A DNA stretch of 64,000 nt from an uncultured virus (IMG/VR IMGVR_UViG_3300005663_000039) (taxonomy: Duplodnaviria > Heunggongvirae > Uroviricota > Caudoviricetes). The notes beneath the pieces are model-generated. The model did not search any database, was not told the origin of the DNA, and worked only from the letters and a program-made list of their open reading frames with translations. The stretch lies in IMG/VR virus record IMGVR_UViG_3300005663_000039; one strand, written 5' to 3'. Of this stretch, positions 8,237-16,845 are shown in pieces; positions within the stretch are counted from its first letter, which is position 1, and each line of letters begins with the position of its first letter. The position numbers and the translations under genes are program-made.

Positions 8237-9235
8237 CTAGACGCTGAAGTGCGCGACCCCGTTCTCGTCGATCGCGCTGCTCTTGACGCGGGGCGCCAAG
8301 GCCGCCATGATCTTGAAGTTCGAGACCAGCCCACCCATCTCGTCCCACTCGACGGTGGTGATGTCCTGACCCACGCTCAGGTCGACCACGTCTGACGTCA
8401 TCTGTACCAGCACGACCTCGGCCGTGAGCGAGACCGTGGACCTGACCGCGGTGATCTCCTCGATCGCCAGGATACGCTCCTCGAAGGTGCGGTCACCCTT
8501 GGCCGTGCTGTAGTCGTTCCGCAGCTCGGACTTGTAGTTCACCGGGACGTACAGGATGTACGGTCCACGGTAGTTCCTCGCCTCCAGGACCGCGACCATG
8601 GCCACCACGTCCGCGATGATGTCACGAGCCGCAGACGGCAACCAACCTTCACCAGCGGTGTCGGTCAGCGTACCGGTGGCCCGGTCGGGATGGGTCGTGT
8701 AACCGAGGATGGTCGCCCCGTCGGCCTGGACCACCGAGCCGTTGAACACCATGTCGTCCAGCTTCTCCGTCACCCGGCGGGTGCACATCTCCGCGGTGAC
8801 CGTGTCCATGGCAGCGCCACGGGTACGCGAGGCCTCCAGCACCCTGATGTTCACCTGGAAGTCCCGAAACGTCACCGGGATGGGCACCGTGGCCAGCGTG
8901 TACTCGGGCAGGTCCCGCTGGCCGGGAGCGATCCCGGTCATGTTCTGCTCGGCCTCGTCGACCTCGGTGACCTTCTCGAACTGGTCCAGCATCACCCCGA
9001 TGGAGCCGAGGTTCCGCACGAGCCCAGCGTTGCGAAGGTCCGTGACCGCGCCCAGCTGCGAGCGCGCCACCCGCACCACCGCCTCGTCCACCCTGATCCA
9101 CTCGTCCTTCCGAAGAAGGTCCAAGGTCCTAAGGACCTTGACGTTGAAGCCTGAAGCGGCGAACCGCTTTCCAGCGCTGCCGATGCCGGCCAGCTGCTGC
9201 AGCGACCTGGTGGAGGCTGCCCCGTTTCTCATCAT
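8237..9235 (-). CDS. Major capsid protein (HK97 fold, linocin/encapsulin-like family)
   Basis: 332 aa; LLRKDEWIRVDEAVV, VPIPVTFRDF, GYTTHPDR, YRGPYILYV; follows protease and decoration genes. Confidence 0.88.
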   Translation of the reverse strand: MMRNGAASTRSLQQLAGIGSAGKRFAASGFNVKVLRTLDLLRKDEWIRVDEAVVRVARSQLGAVTDLRNAGLVRNLGSIGVMLDQFEKVTEVDEAEQNMTGIAPGQRDLPEYTLATVPIPVTFRDFQVNIRVLEASRTRGAAMDTVTAEMCTRRVTEKLDDMVFNGSVVQADGATILGYTTHPDRATGTLTDTAGEGWLPSAARDIIADVVAMVAVLEARNYRGPYILYVPVNYKSELRNDYSTAKGDRTFEERILAIEEITAVRSTVSLTAEVVLVQMTSDVVDLSVGQDITTVEWDEMGGLVSNFKIMAALAPRVKSSAIDENGVAHFSV

Positions 9236-9675
9236 GCCACCTCCATGGCAAAGAGGGTATCGACCGCTGCCGCAGCATTCGCTTCCAGCGCATAGCCGAT
9301 AGGCGCCGCAGCGACGCCGGTACTGAGTGGAATGTCGCCGACTCGCCCGAGAGCGGCAGCGTACAACGGATCACCGATCGCCCACGTAAGGGCAGCGGTC
9401 ACACGAATGAGAATCTCATCACCAGGTCCAGCGACAATGTACTTCACCTGATCGTCGTCCGCGTATGCGTCGGCCGCCGTGTTACCTACCACATCGGCTT
9501 CAACCACAAACGCCTTACGACCGGGGTCTTGCTCGGTCGCGACACCAGCAACTTCAAGCTGACCAGCAGCTTCAAGGTTGACACGGATGCCGGGCAGGAG
9601 ACCTGCCACAGACGCTGACGCTTCCTTCACGATCGGGTTGCCCTTGAGCACGATGACTCTTCCAGAGGGGCTCAT
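9232..9675 (-). CDS. Capsid decoration/cement protein
   Basis: 147 aa, Ala/Gly/Val-rich, between protease-scaffold and capsid, ending IGYALEA...EVA. Confidence 0.7.
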   Translation of the reverse strand: MSPSGRVIVLKGNPIVKEASASVAGLLPGIRVNLEAAGQLEVAGVATEQDPGRKAFVVEADVVGNTAADAYADDDQVKYIVAGPGDEILIRVTAALTWAIGDPLYAAALGRVGDIPLSTGVAAAPIGYALEANAAAAVDTLFAMEVA

Positions 9676-11123
9676 GAGTCACCTCCCTCGTCGTCGCCGT
9701 CGCCTGACTTCGTGCCGTCGGGCTCCGCCAGAAGGATCGCGGGGGCGTCAGGCGCGAAGTGCTCCTCGTCGCCTCCCCGGTTCTCGATCCGGGCTCCACC
9801 CCGACCAGCGTAGTTGGTCGGGTTCAGGGAGCGGTCCAGGCCCTCGAGCGCCTCCAGGCTCATGCCGTTCAGCACGGCCTTGCTCATCGCGACGATCTCG
9901 TCCTTGTTCAGCTGCTTGACGAGGTCGTCGTGCAGGGCTTGCCGACGCGCGGCCTCCACCTTCCCGGCCTCCATCAGCGCGACCAGCCCGTCGACCGAGT
10001 CGCCACCGGCGGCCCTGAGGGCCGTCAGGAACTTCTGGTCTTCCGGGTTGAAGCTGCCGGCGTCATCGCCAGCCAGCTTCACCAACGACTTCAGCTGCTC
10101 GTCCTTCATCTTGCCCAGCTCCTCCTCCGAGAACACCACGTTCTCGGCCTTGAGCAGCCAGGCGACGAGTTCCTTCCTCTTCATGGAAGCCTCCTCCTCC
10201 TTGGCCTCGGCCTCGACCTTCTTCTTGGCCTCGGCCTCGACCTTCCTCTTGGCCTCGGCAGCGTCGTCGTCACCACAGTCGCAGCCGGCCAACGTGGCCA
10301 GTGACTTCAGCTGCTCGTCCTTCATCTTGCCCAGCTCCTTCTCCGAGAACGACACCTTCTCGGTCTTGAGGAGCAGAGCGACGAGTTCCTTCCTCTTCAT
10401 GGAAGCCTCCTTCCCTTTGTCTCCGTCGTTACCGGGTCCGTGTGACTTCTTGTCGCCGTCGTCGGACCCATCCCCAACGGCTGAGCCAAGGGCCAGCAGG
10501 GCCTTCGCCCCACCAACCAAACGCTCTATGAAAGTGGTCTCATCATCCATGGGGTCTCCTCCGTTGGAGTTGAGACGAGGGGCGCCACAGCCGCCCTCTA
10601 TCGAGCACGCCCCCACCTCGTTCGTCAGGACGGCGAGGTGGTCAGGCACGATGTTCATCTGTACGATCGCGAAGGTCTGTCCCCGAAACCTGCCGGCGCG
10701 GGCGATGCGGTCCACGAAGTAGCCCGTGCTCACCTCCTGCAGCTTGTGGTCGCGGAAGCCGGCCTCGACGGCCTTGCCCTCGCTGGTGCGCCGCAGGGCC
10801 TTGAGGTCCAGCCACATCTCGGCCTTCAGCTTCCCGTCCCAGAACGCGTTGAAGACCCGGCCCACCTCGAGGCGCTGGTGGTTGGCTGGGCTCCACTCCG
10901 CGGCGGGGTGGCTCAGCGTCACCGGCCGGTTGTTCCAGCCGACGAGGCTGCTCGTGATCTCGGTGGCCGAGATGAACTCGCCGTCGGGGTGGCAGTTGGA
11001 GCAGAAGAGGATCTGCTCCTGGAGCATGACCACGGGCACCACGAGGAACATGGTGCCGTCGCGGGCCTCGTCGCGGACGAGGTGCTGGGCGTTGACCCTC
11101 AGGACCTGTCGCGTCTTGCTCAC
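9672..11123 (-). CDS. Prohead protease (DUF2213-like) fused to scaffold domain
   Basis: PVTLSHP, EVSTGY, PDHLAVL..EVGACS..GCG motifs followed by a charged helical C-terminal half. Confidence 0.85.
   Translation of the reverse strand: MSKTRQVLRVNAQHLVRDEARDGTMFLVVPVVMLQEQILFCSNCHPDGEFISATEITSSLVGWNNRPVTLSHPAAEWSPANHQRLEVGRVFNAFWDGKLKAEMWLDLKALRRTSEGKAVEAGFRDHKLQEVSTGYFVDRIARAGRFRGQTFAIVQMNIVPDHLAVLTNEVGACSIEGGCGAPRLNSNGGDPMDDETTFIERLVGGAKALLALGSAVGDGSDDGDKKSHGPGNDGDKGKEASMKRKELVALLLKTEKVSFSEKELGKMKDEQLKSLATLAGCDCGDDDAAEAKRKVEAEAKKKVEAEAKEEEASMKRKELVAWLLKAENVVFSEEELGKMKDEQLKSLVKLAGDDAGSFNPEDQKFLTALRAAGGDSVDGLVALMEAGKVEAARRQALHDDLVKQLNKDEIVAMSKAVLNGMSLEALEGLDRSLNPTNYAGRGGARIENRGGDEEHFAPDAPAILLAEPDGTKSGDGDDEGGDS
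10070..10411. repeat. ~125-bp direct repeat (216-bp offset) plus 24-bp tandem repeat in scaffold region
   Basis: EASMKRKELVALLLKTEKVSFSEKELGKMKDEQLKSL vs EASMKRKELVAWLLKAENVVFSEEELGKMKDEQLKSL, separated by EAKRKVEAEAKKKVEAEAK. Confidence 0.92.
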
Positions 11124-11536
11124 TTTTCAGAGCTGCTGAGGCGGTTGATCTGGACGACCAGGTCGTCGGCCCCGGCGTCGATCACCGCGCTGTCGAAGAC
11201 CCGGACGGTGTCGCCCTCCACGAGATGGAACGCGGGCAGCTGCTCGAAGACCATCTCGCCGGCGACGTGGACCTCTGACACCAGGCCCAGAGCGGCGGCG
11301 TACAGCTTGTTAGCGACGCTCTGGGCCTGGGTCTCGCCAAACTCCAGCCGGATCAGGACGCCGGTGGCGGTCGCGATCTCGATCTCCAGCTGACGGACGC
11401 CCACCGCGGTGGTGGTGCTCAGGTCAGCGTAGACGCCGAGCAGCTCCCAGCGTTCCCCAGCGGGCACCGTGATGACCTTGTCGCTGTCGTCCAACGCGAC
11501 GTCCTCAACGAACCCGGGAACGTTGATGAAGCTCAT
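11120..11536 (-). CDS. Hypothetical, probable beta-rich virion protein
   Basis: 138 aa with RBS; overlaps the protease start. Confidence 0.6.
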   Translation of the reverse strand: MSFINVPGFVEDVALDDSDKVITVPAGERWELLGVYADLSTTTAVGVRQLEIEIATATGVLIRLEFGETQAQSVANKLYAAALGLVSEVHVAGEMVFEQLPAFHLVEGDTVRVFDSAVIDAGADDLVVQINRLSSSEK

Positions 11537-11715
11537 GGAACCCTCGTCTCCTGATGACGTGCTTCAGAGAACGAGGTTCCGGGTGGGGGTGTCTCGCCGT
11601 TGGATAGGTAACCTCCCCCCGTCGGGATGTAAACAGGGGGAGAGGGTGACAACGCCGACGGGGCCCTCGTCTCAAGCCTCCTCTTACGAGAAGCCGGCGG
11701 CCTCTATCATCCGCG

Positions 11716-11922
11716 CTACGCGTGGGCCTCTTCCGTTGGAACGAAGGTCCACGCCTCATTTTCAGAGACCTCCCTCCACGGTTCTACGCTACACGGAAGA
11801 TCCTCAGGGTCGCCGGAGGCTATGATCTCGCTGTTCGCCCATAGCGCCTTCATACCACGCCGATTGATAATGTTCGCGGCGTGAACCAGGAGATCATATC
11901 GCACCGTGCCGGTAGTCACCAT
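11716..11922 (-). CDS. Hypothetical protein
   Basis: 68 aa with GGAGGT RBS; lower GC than flanks. Confidence 0.5.
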   Translation of the reverse strand: MVTTGTVRYDLLVHAANIINRRGMKALWANSEIIASGDPEDLPCSVEPWREVSENEAWTFVPTEEAHA

Positions 11923-11923
11923 C

Positions 11924-12097
11924 TCAGGCCACCTCCCGGTCGGCGATCCACGCGTCTGCCAGCCACGTCCCCAGAATCCACGTCGCGAGATCGGGGTCGT
12001 TCCGCACGTCGATGGGGAACACCCATCCGCGATTGTTCAGCGTCACGTAGACGGCGCCGGGCATCTGGGCGAGCACGGCTCTCTGGATCTCGGTCAT
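11924..12097 (-). CDS. Hypothetical protein
   Basis: MTEIQRAVLAQMPGAVYVTLNNRGW..., GGAG RBS, downstream of a local promoter. Confidence 0.55.
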   Translation of the reverse strand: MTEIQRAVLAQMPGAVYVTLNNRGWVFPIDVRNDPDLATWILGTWLADAWIADREVA

Positions 12098-12141
12098 CTC
12101 GCTGTCTCCTGTCTGGTGGGCTGTCGTCTGTCTCATGTTAA

Positions 12142-12170
12142 AAGATAACACCTCTGGAGATATAAGTACA
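12142..12170 (-). promoter_or_regulatory. Sigma70-like promoter with extended -10
   Basis: TGTACT-17 nt-TATCTT with TG at the extended position; AT-rich patch in GC-rich DNA. Confidence 0.55.
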
Positions 12171-12215
12171 CCGCCGTGAGAGGTTCCCCGTCAGAGGTTC
12201 CAGGCGGTCTCGCCG

Positions 12216-12443
12216 CTACCTCCAGAAGTTCCCGTCGGCGCCCTGGTCAGACTCGTGTACGACCGACGTCTCCCGCTCGATCTGACGCCCGTAGGCGTCG
12301 TGCCTCTCCTCGTCGTCTGAGACGATCACGAGGTTGATCGAGGGGTCGTTCTCCACCGACCCGTGGATCGCGGTCACCAGCGCCGGACGCTCACGCCCCC
12401 TGGCGTCCACGTATCTCACGGTCTCTCCGAGCTTCAACGACAT
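12216..12443 (-). CDS. Conserved-looking phage hypothetical protein
   Basis: MSLKLGETVRYVD...PALVTAIHG...INLVIVS; GGAGG RBS. Confidence 0.7.
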   Translation of the reverse strand: MSLKLGETVRYVDARGRERPALVTAIHGSVENDPSINLVIVSDDEERHDAYGRQIERETSVVHESDQGADGNFWR

Positions 12444-12490
12444 GTTACCCTCCCTGGGTTTGGTGGCGAGATCACGATTGTCCCGCCACG

Positions 12491-12742
12491 TCACTCCAGG
12501 AGGTCCTCGACCTTCTCGACGGCCCGCCACTCCAGCCGCCGGATCTCGCCGCCCGGGCCGATGTGAAGGATGCACTGACCCGCGCTGGTATGGTCGCCCA
12601 GCCGGCCCTGGACGTAGGCCAGCACCTGCTCGTTCTGCGCCCACACGCGGCCGTGGACGGGGCACGTGCGCTCCGGGTGCTCCACCCGGCCCAGCGCCTG
12701 CTCGGCGCAGTGGCAGCGCTCCGTCGCCTCGGCGACGCTCAC
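12491..12742 (-). CDS. Hypothetical protein (CxC...CPVH)
   Basis: GTG start overlapping the gp7-like stop; 83 aa. Confidence 0.55.
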   Translation of the reverse strand: MSVAEATERCHCAEQALGRVEHPERTCPVHGRVWAQNEQVLAYVQGRLGDHTSAGQCILHIGPGGEIRRLEWRAVEKVEDLLE

Positions 12743-13815
12743 CCGAAGAACTCGGGCGTCCGGAAGGACGGCTCGCGGGGGTCGGGTACCGGCAGCCACA
12801 CGCACCGGCAGTTGGCGTGGACGGGGATGACGCCGGCCGCCTCGTCCAGCGGGAAGCGCCGGCCCTCCAGGTCCTGGCACGTCTGGCAGACCCGGTCGTC
12901 GCCGGCCGTCACGAACTCCGCGAAGCCCTCGACCGTCTCGATCCCACTCTGCTCGAACCGGGCCAGGGTCGCCGTGGCGTGGGCCCGGATGGTCTCGGTC
13001 CGGGCGATCACCCGGCCGCGGACCACGCCGATCGAGCTGATGGACCGGCTGATCTCGGTGGCCACCACCCGCGGCGACTGTCCCGTGGCCAGCCCCTCGG
13101 TGACGATCCGGCTGAGGCTCTGGGCCTGCGCGTTCGTCACGCCCCGCAGCTCGTTGAAGTTCCGGCTGAAGAGGAGCTGGAGCTTCTCCGCGTGGATCGG
13201 CTGGTTGAGGGTCTGGGCCAGCGCGCCCGGCGGCGGCTCGACCCCCGCCGCCCGCAGCGAGGCGTCCGCGTGCTGGACGCCGACCGAGTACGACGCCCGG
13301 ACGTACTTGTTCTGCCAGCCGCTCCCGGTCCCGCTGATCGGCGACAGCTCCAGGACCTCGGCGTCGAGGAGCGCCCGCATGAACCGGTCGAACGCGGCGG
13401 CCTTGCCGGGCACGTCAGCGGGGAAGTCAAACCGGCCCGGCAGATCGATCTGCAGGAACGCCCGGGGCGGCGTGCCCAGCCCGAGGACGTCGTCCGTCAC
13501 GATGAGCTGACGCAGGACGCGGTTCACCTCCCGCCACCGCCGGGCCAGGTCGGCCTGGTACCGCCGCACGATCCGAGAGGTGCGCGACGGGTCGCCCCTC
13601 GGCGGCCGGACCGTCTGGAGGTGCCGTCGGTAACGCCGCCGGGCGAGGCGGGCCCGGCGCGGCGCCGACCGGGTCTCGCAGACCGCGCGTCGCTGGTCGG
13701 GCCGCGGGAACTCCCTAACCGCCTCGGGGTGGCCCATACACCGGTCGATGAACTCCGCCTTGGTCTCGTCCCGTCGCCGGCTGGGCAGGACGTTCCGCCG
13801 GATCGCGGTGCTCAC
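12739..13815 (-). CDS. Head morphogenesis / minor head protein (SPP1 gp7, Mu F-like)
   Basis: IARTETIRAH, TAGDDRVCQTC..LEG, IPVHANCRC motifs. Confidence 0.9.
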   Translation of the reverse strand: MSTAIRRNVLPSRRRDETKAEFIDRCMGHPEAVREFPRPDQRRAVCETRSAPRRARLARRRYRRHLQTVRPPRGDPSRTSRIVRRYQADLARRWREVNRVLRQLIVTDDVLGLGTPPRAFLQIDLPGRFDFPADVPGKAAAFDRFMRALLDAEVLELSPISGTGSGWQNKYVRASYSVGVQHADASLRAAGVEPPPGALAQTLNQPIHAEKLQLLFSRNFNELRGVTNAQAQSLSRIVTEGLATGQSPRVVATEISRSISSIGVVRGRVIARTETIRAHATATLARFEQSGIETVEGFAEFVTAGDDRVCQTCQDLEGRRFPLDEAAGVIPVHANCRCVWLPVPDPREPSFRTPEFFG

Positions 13816-14168
13816 GCCTTGAGCCCCACCTCGTCGCGGGCCCGCCGCACCTGCTCCTCGCGGACGTGTCGGTGGACGTCGGGCACGCCGGAGACGAGGT
13901 CGGGCGTGCGGACCAGGTACAGCCGCCCAGCCGGGTCCTCGATCGCCACCACCATCCGGGTCAGCGCGAGCATGGAGTCGGCGTCGCTCTTGAGCCGGGT
14001 CACCGCCTCCTCCCAGTCGAGCACGCGCAGGACCGCCCGGTCCGCCGGCCAGCGGCCCAGCTTCAGGAGCTGGTCACGCACGGTCCGCACGTCCATGGCC
14101 ATGATCACCGCGTGGCACCGGAAGAAGGTGTTCTCGGCGGTCGGGTCGATGACCAGGCGGTCAGGCAT
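13812..14168 (-). CDS. Hypothetical protein
   Basis: 118 aa, overlaps both neighbours. Confidence 0.6.
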   Translation of the reverse strand: MPDRLVIDPTAENTFFRCHAVIMAMDVRTVRDQLLKLGRWPADRAVLRVLDWEEAVTRLKSDADSMLALTRMVVAIEDPAGRLYLVRTPDLVSGVPDVHRHVREEQVRRARDEVGLKA

Positions 14169-14406
14169 CGGCGTATCCCTCCAGGGTGATGTACGCGTGG
14201 AACCCGCACGGGCAGACGACGCTGGGCTGAACCGTCCCGTCAGCGTGGACGTCGTGGCTGTCGTGCAGTGAGCCGCGCTCCCCGCAGGCCGGGCAGGTGA
14301 TCACGGCCAAGAAGCCCGGCGGCAGCTGAACCCTGGTCCGCCGGTACTGCCCCGCGGGCCAGTCGTCGAGGTCCACGTTCCGGGTCAGGGGGACCACCTG
14401 GGTCAC
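14161..14406 (-). CDS. Small zinc-binding protein (CPACG...PSVVCPCGFH; DUF6527-like)
   Basis: Cys/His motif pattern; GTGA overlap with upstream gene. Confidence 0.6.
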   Translation of the reverse strand: MTQVVPLTRNVDLDDWPAGQYRRTRVQLPPGFLAVITCPACGERGSLHDSHDVHADGTVQPSVVCPCGFHAYITLEGYADA

Positions 14407-14717
14407 GGACACCTCCGGATGACTTCGGGCGCGGTCAGGACCTCACCGCCCACCGCGATGACCACCACGCAGAGGATCTGCGCCCGGGCCTCGCTGGCGA
14501 CGGCCACGGAGTCCAGCAGCTGATCCAGCGAGGTCTGGCGGGCCGCGATGTCGGCCTGCATGGCGGGGATGGCCTCGATGTTCTCGGCCGTCGAGCCGAA
14601 CTGCAGGGTCGCCCCGACGCCGGCCATGAACAGCGCGGCGCCGGTCGCCGCGATCCAGGCGAGGAGCTTGCCCGACGGGATGGTGGCCGCGGCGATGGAC
14701 TCTAGGGTCACGGTCAT
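14403..14717 (-). CDS. Membrane-anchored coiled-coil protein
   Basis: Start MTVTLES; one TM segment, coiled coil, two C-terminal Cys. Confidence 0.6.
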   Translation of the reverse strand: MTVTLESIAAATIPSGKLLAWIAATGAALFMAGVGATLQFGSTAENIEAIPAMQADIAARQTSLDQLLDSVAVASEARAQILCVVVIAVGGEVLTAPEVIRRCP

Positions 14718-15109
14718 CCTGGGCTCTCTCCGTGGTCGTGCTTGGGGTGCCCGTGAGGCGGCACGGTCACGTCGTTGTGGACGTCCGGCTCCCGGTCCGC
14801 GATCCGCTTCAGCTGGAGGACGCCCAGGAACGCGGCGACGACCAGCAGGCCCTGCCCAACCCGAACCACCGTGGAGGAGCCGGCGGGCTGCTGGCAGCCG
14901 CACTCGGCGACGGCCGCGGCGATCGCCTCGACGGCCTCGGCGATCCGGGCGAGGCGGACGCTGTCGGACAGCACCTCCACGTTCACCACGATCGTGTCCC
15001 CGTTGACGGTGACCTCCACGTCGGGGACCACGGTGGTCTGGGTCTGCTGAGCGGCGAGCGGGGCGGCGAGCAGGAGCGCCGCGATTACGACGTAATTACG
15101 CGGGTTCAT
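14714..15109 (-). CDS. Secreted/membrane protein with signal peptide and C-terminal TM
   Basis: MNPRNYVVIAALLLAAPLAAQQ signal peptide; GLLVVAAFLGVLQL TM; His-rich tail. Confidence 0.65.
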   Translation of the reverse strand: MNPRNYVVIAALLLAAPLAAQQTQTTVVPDVEVTVNGDTIVVNVEVLSDSVRLARIAEAVEAIAAAVAECGCQQPAGSSTVVRVGQGLLVVAAFLGVLQLKRIADREPDVHNDVTVPPHGHPKHDHGESPG

Positions 15110-15110
15110 A

Positions 15111-15284
15111 TCAACCTCCCCCTAGGGTGCCGACGGCGTTGGCGAGGATCCGAGCCAGGTCCATGATCGCCAGGAGGATCCTCTCAGCCGTCGGGGGATG
15201 TACGATGAGCAAGATCACCACGCCCACGCCGCCGAACAGCGCGGCCTTCGGCCAGGTGACGTTGTCCAGCCACTTGGTGCTCAT
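15111..15284 (-). CDS. Small hydrophobic protein (holin-like, 57 aa)
   Basis: Manual translation MSTKWLDNVTWPKAALFGGVGVVILLIVHPPTAERILLAIMDLARILANAVGTLGGG; TAATG overlap with portal stop. Confidence 0.6.
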   Translation of the reverse strand: MSTKWLDNVTWPKAALFGGVGVVILLIVHPPTAERILLAIMDLARILANAVGTLGGG

Positions 15285-16720
15285 TACGCAACCTCCTCCT
15301 CAACGGGTGGCGCCGGCGGCAGCTCCAGGGGCGGCGTCGGCTCCTCGATCACGAGGGTGTCGTCGACCGGCTCAAAGAACGCCTCCTCGGCGCCCTCGGG
15401 CGGGTCCTCGGGCACCGGCGTCAGGCCGAGCATCTCCCGCGCCTCCCAGGGCTTGATCAGCAAGTCGGCCTGCTGGCCCGGCGCCAGGGCCACCGCGGCC
15501 TCGGCCTTGAGCTTGGCGATCTCGGCCAGCTCCAGCTCGGTGGGCGAGTCGAGCGGCTGCCAGAACACCTTGTAGTCGGGCACCTTCACGCCCAGCATCT
15601 CCATGCGGTTGAAGAACGCCCGGATGATGACGGGCACCACGTGGTTGTTCTGCCGGGCGTTGATGGTCGCGTGCCACTGCCGCTGATCCTGGGAGCTCGC
15701 CAGCTCGCCCCGCTCCGACCCGAACAGCACCCGCTCGGGGATGCGCGCCGTGGCGCTGATCAGCTGGACGATCGCCTCGTACGTGGGCTGCGGGTCGACG
15801 CTCCCGGAGTGGGCGATCCGGCTCAGCTCGACGCCGCGGGTCTGGACCACGCGCCGCATGCCCTGCATCGCCTCGATCAGGTCCGTCTCGAAGGCCGCCT
15901 GGTCCTCGGGGTCCACGTCGACGTCCGGGTCGATGTCCGCGTGGAGCACGCCGGCCACCGCCACCCAGAAGATCTCGGCCGCTGAGCCGATGAGCTTGTT
16001 TAGGTCGTCGAGCTTGTTGACCACGCGCTCCAGCCTAGGGATGCCGAACGTCTCGTCGTCCACCAGGTTCTCCGCCACGTGGATGACCCGCGTCCAGTGG
16101 ACCACCAGCGTCCGGGAGCTGCCGGAGCGACCGGTCCGGCCGGCGTCGCTCCCCGTGCTGAAGTCCACGTTGTAGCTCTCGGGCAGGCCGAACCGCGGGT
16201 CCATCTCGTCCACCACCCACTTGTTGACGCTGGTCAGCCCCTCGTGGAACGCCTTCAGGAACATTACGTCCTTGAGGCTGTCCAACCGGTCGAGGGGCTC
16301 GGCCAGCGTCTCCGTGCCGTCGGTGCCCCGCGCCCCGATCAGGAGCAGCCCGTACCGCCCGATCCCCGACAGCCGATCGACCTGGGCCATCTTCGCCCAG
16401 AGCCCGATGCGGTCGTCCAGCTCGTCGACCTCGTCGAGGAACGTCTTGCCCTCGGTCTGCTCCTCGTCGCCCTCGAGACGCAGCTCCGGGGGGAAGCGCC
16501 AGCACGTGTCCGGCGGCAGGTCCACGATCTGGGAGGCGATGTCGCCTCGCCCGTAGAAGTCCAGGTACGTCTCAACGTCGGGGTCGTCTCGGTAGCCCAG
16601 CGTGGGCCACAGGTCACGCAGCCCGCCGAAGGTCTTCCCCATCCGCCGGGCGAAGTCGCCGCCCCGGCTGAACAGCGACCCCAGCAGCCGCCACGCCTTG
16701 CCTACGTTCTCCGCCGCCAT
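15284..16720 (-). CDS. Portal protein (DUF1073-like)
   Basis: RGDIASQIVDLP, PRFGLPESY, VHWTRVIH, IPERVLFGSERGELASSQD motifs; follows TerL. Confidence 0.9.
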   Translation of the reverse strand: MAAENVGKAWRLLGSLFSRGGDFARRMGKTFGGLRDLWPTLGYRDDPDVETYLDFYGRGDIASQIVDLPPDTCWRFPPELRLEGDEEQTEGKTFLDEVDELDDRIGLWAKMAQVDRLSGIGRYGLLLIGARGTDGTETLAEPLDRLDSLKDVMFLKAFHEGLTSVNKWVVDEMDPRFGLPESYNVDFSTGSDAGRTGRSGSSRTLVVHWTRVIHVAENLVDDETFGIPRLERVVNKLDDLNKLIGSAAEIFWVAVAGVLHADIDPDVDVDPEDQAAFETDLIEAMQGMRRVVQTRGVELSRIAHSGSVDPQPTYEAIVQLISATARIPERVLFGSERGELASSQDQRQWHATINARQNNHVVPVIIRAFFNRMEMLGVKVPDYKVFWQPLDSPTELELAEIAKLKAEAAVALAPGQQADLLIKPWEAREMLGLTPVPEDPPEGAEEAFFEPVDDTLVIEEPTPPLELPPAPPVEEEVA

Positions 16721-16845
16721 GTCACCCCTCCTCTAGTTTCTGTAGCTCTCCCGTGATCAGGCCGCCGCCGTGGACCGTGTCCGTGCCCAGGGTGAGCGGC
16801 ACCGTCACCTCCGTCGGCGTGCCCACCCCCGGAACGTCGCTCCGG

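Noticed and set aside
8237..9235. Encapsulin nanocompartment system
   Set aside because: Embedded among protease, portal, terminase and tail genes, so it is a phage capsid
15284..16720. Anti-CBASS Acb1 (a label sometimes attached to DUF1073 proteins)
   Set aside because: Size, motifs and position after TerL indicate a portal; no paired HxT/S phosphoesterase motifs recognised
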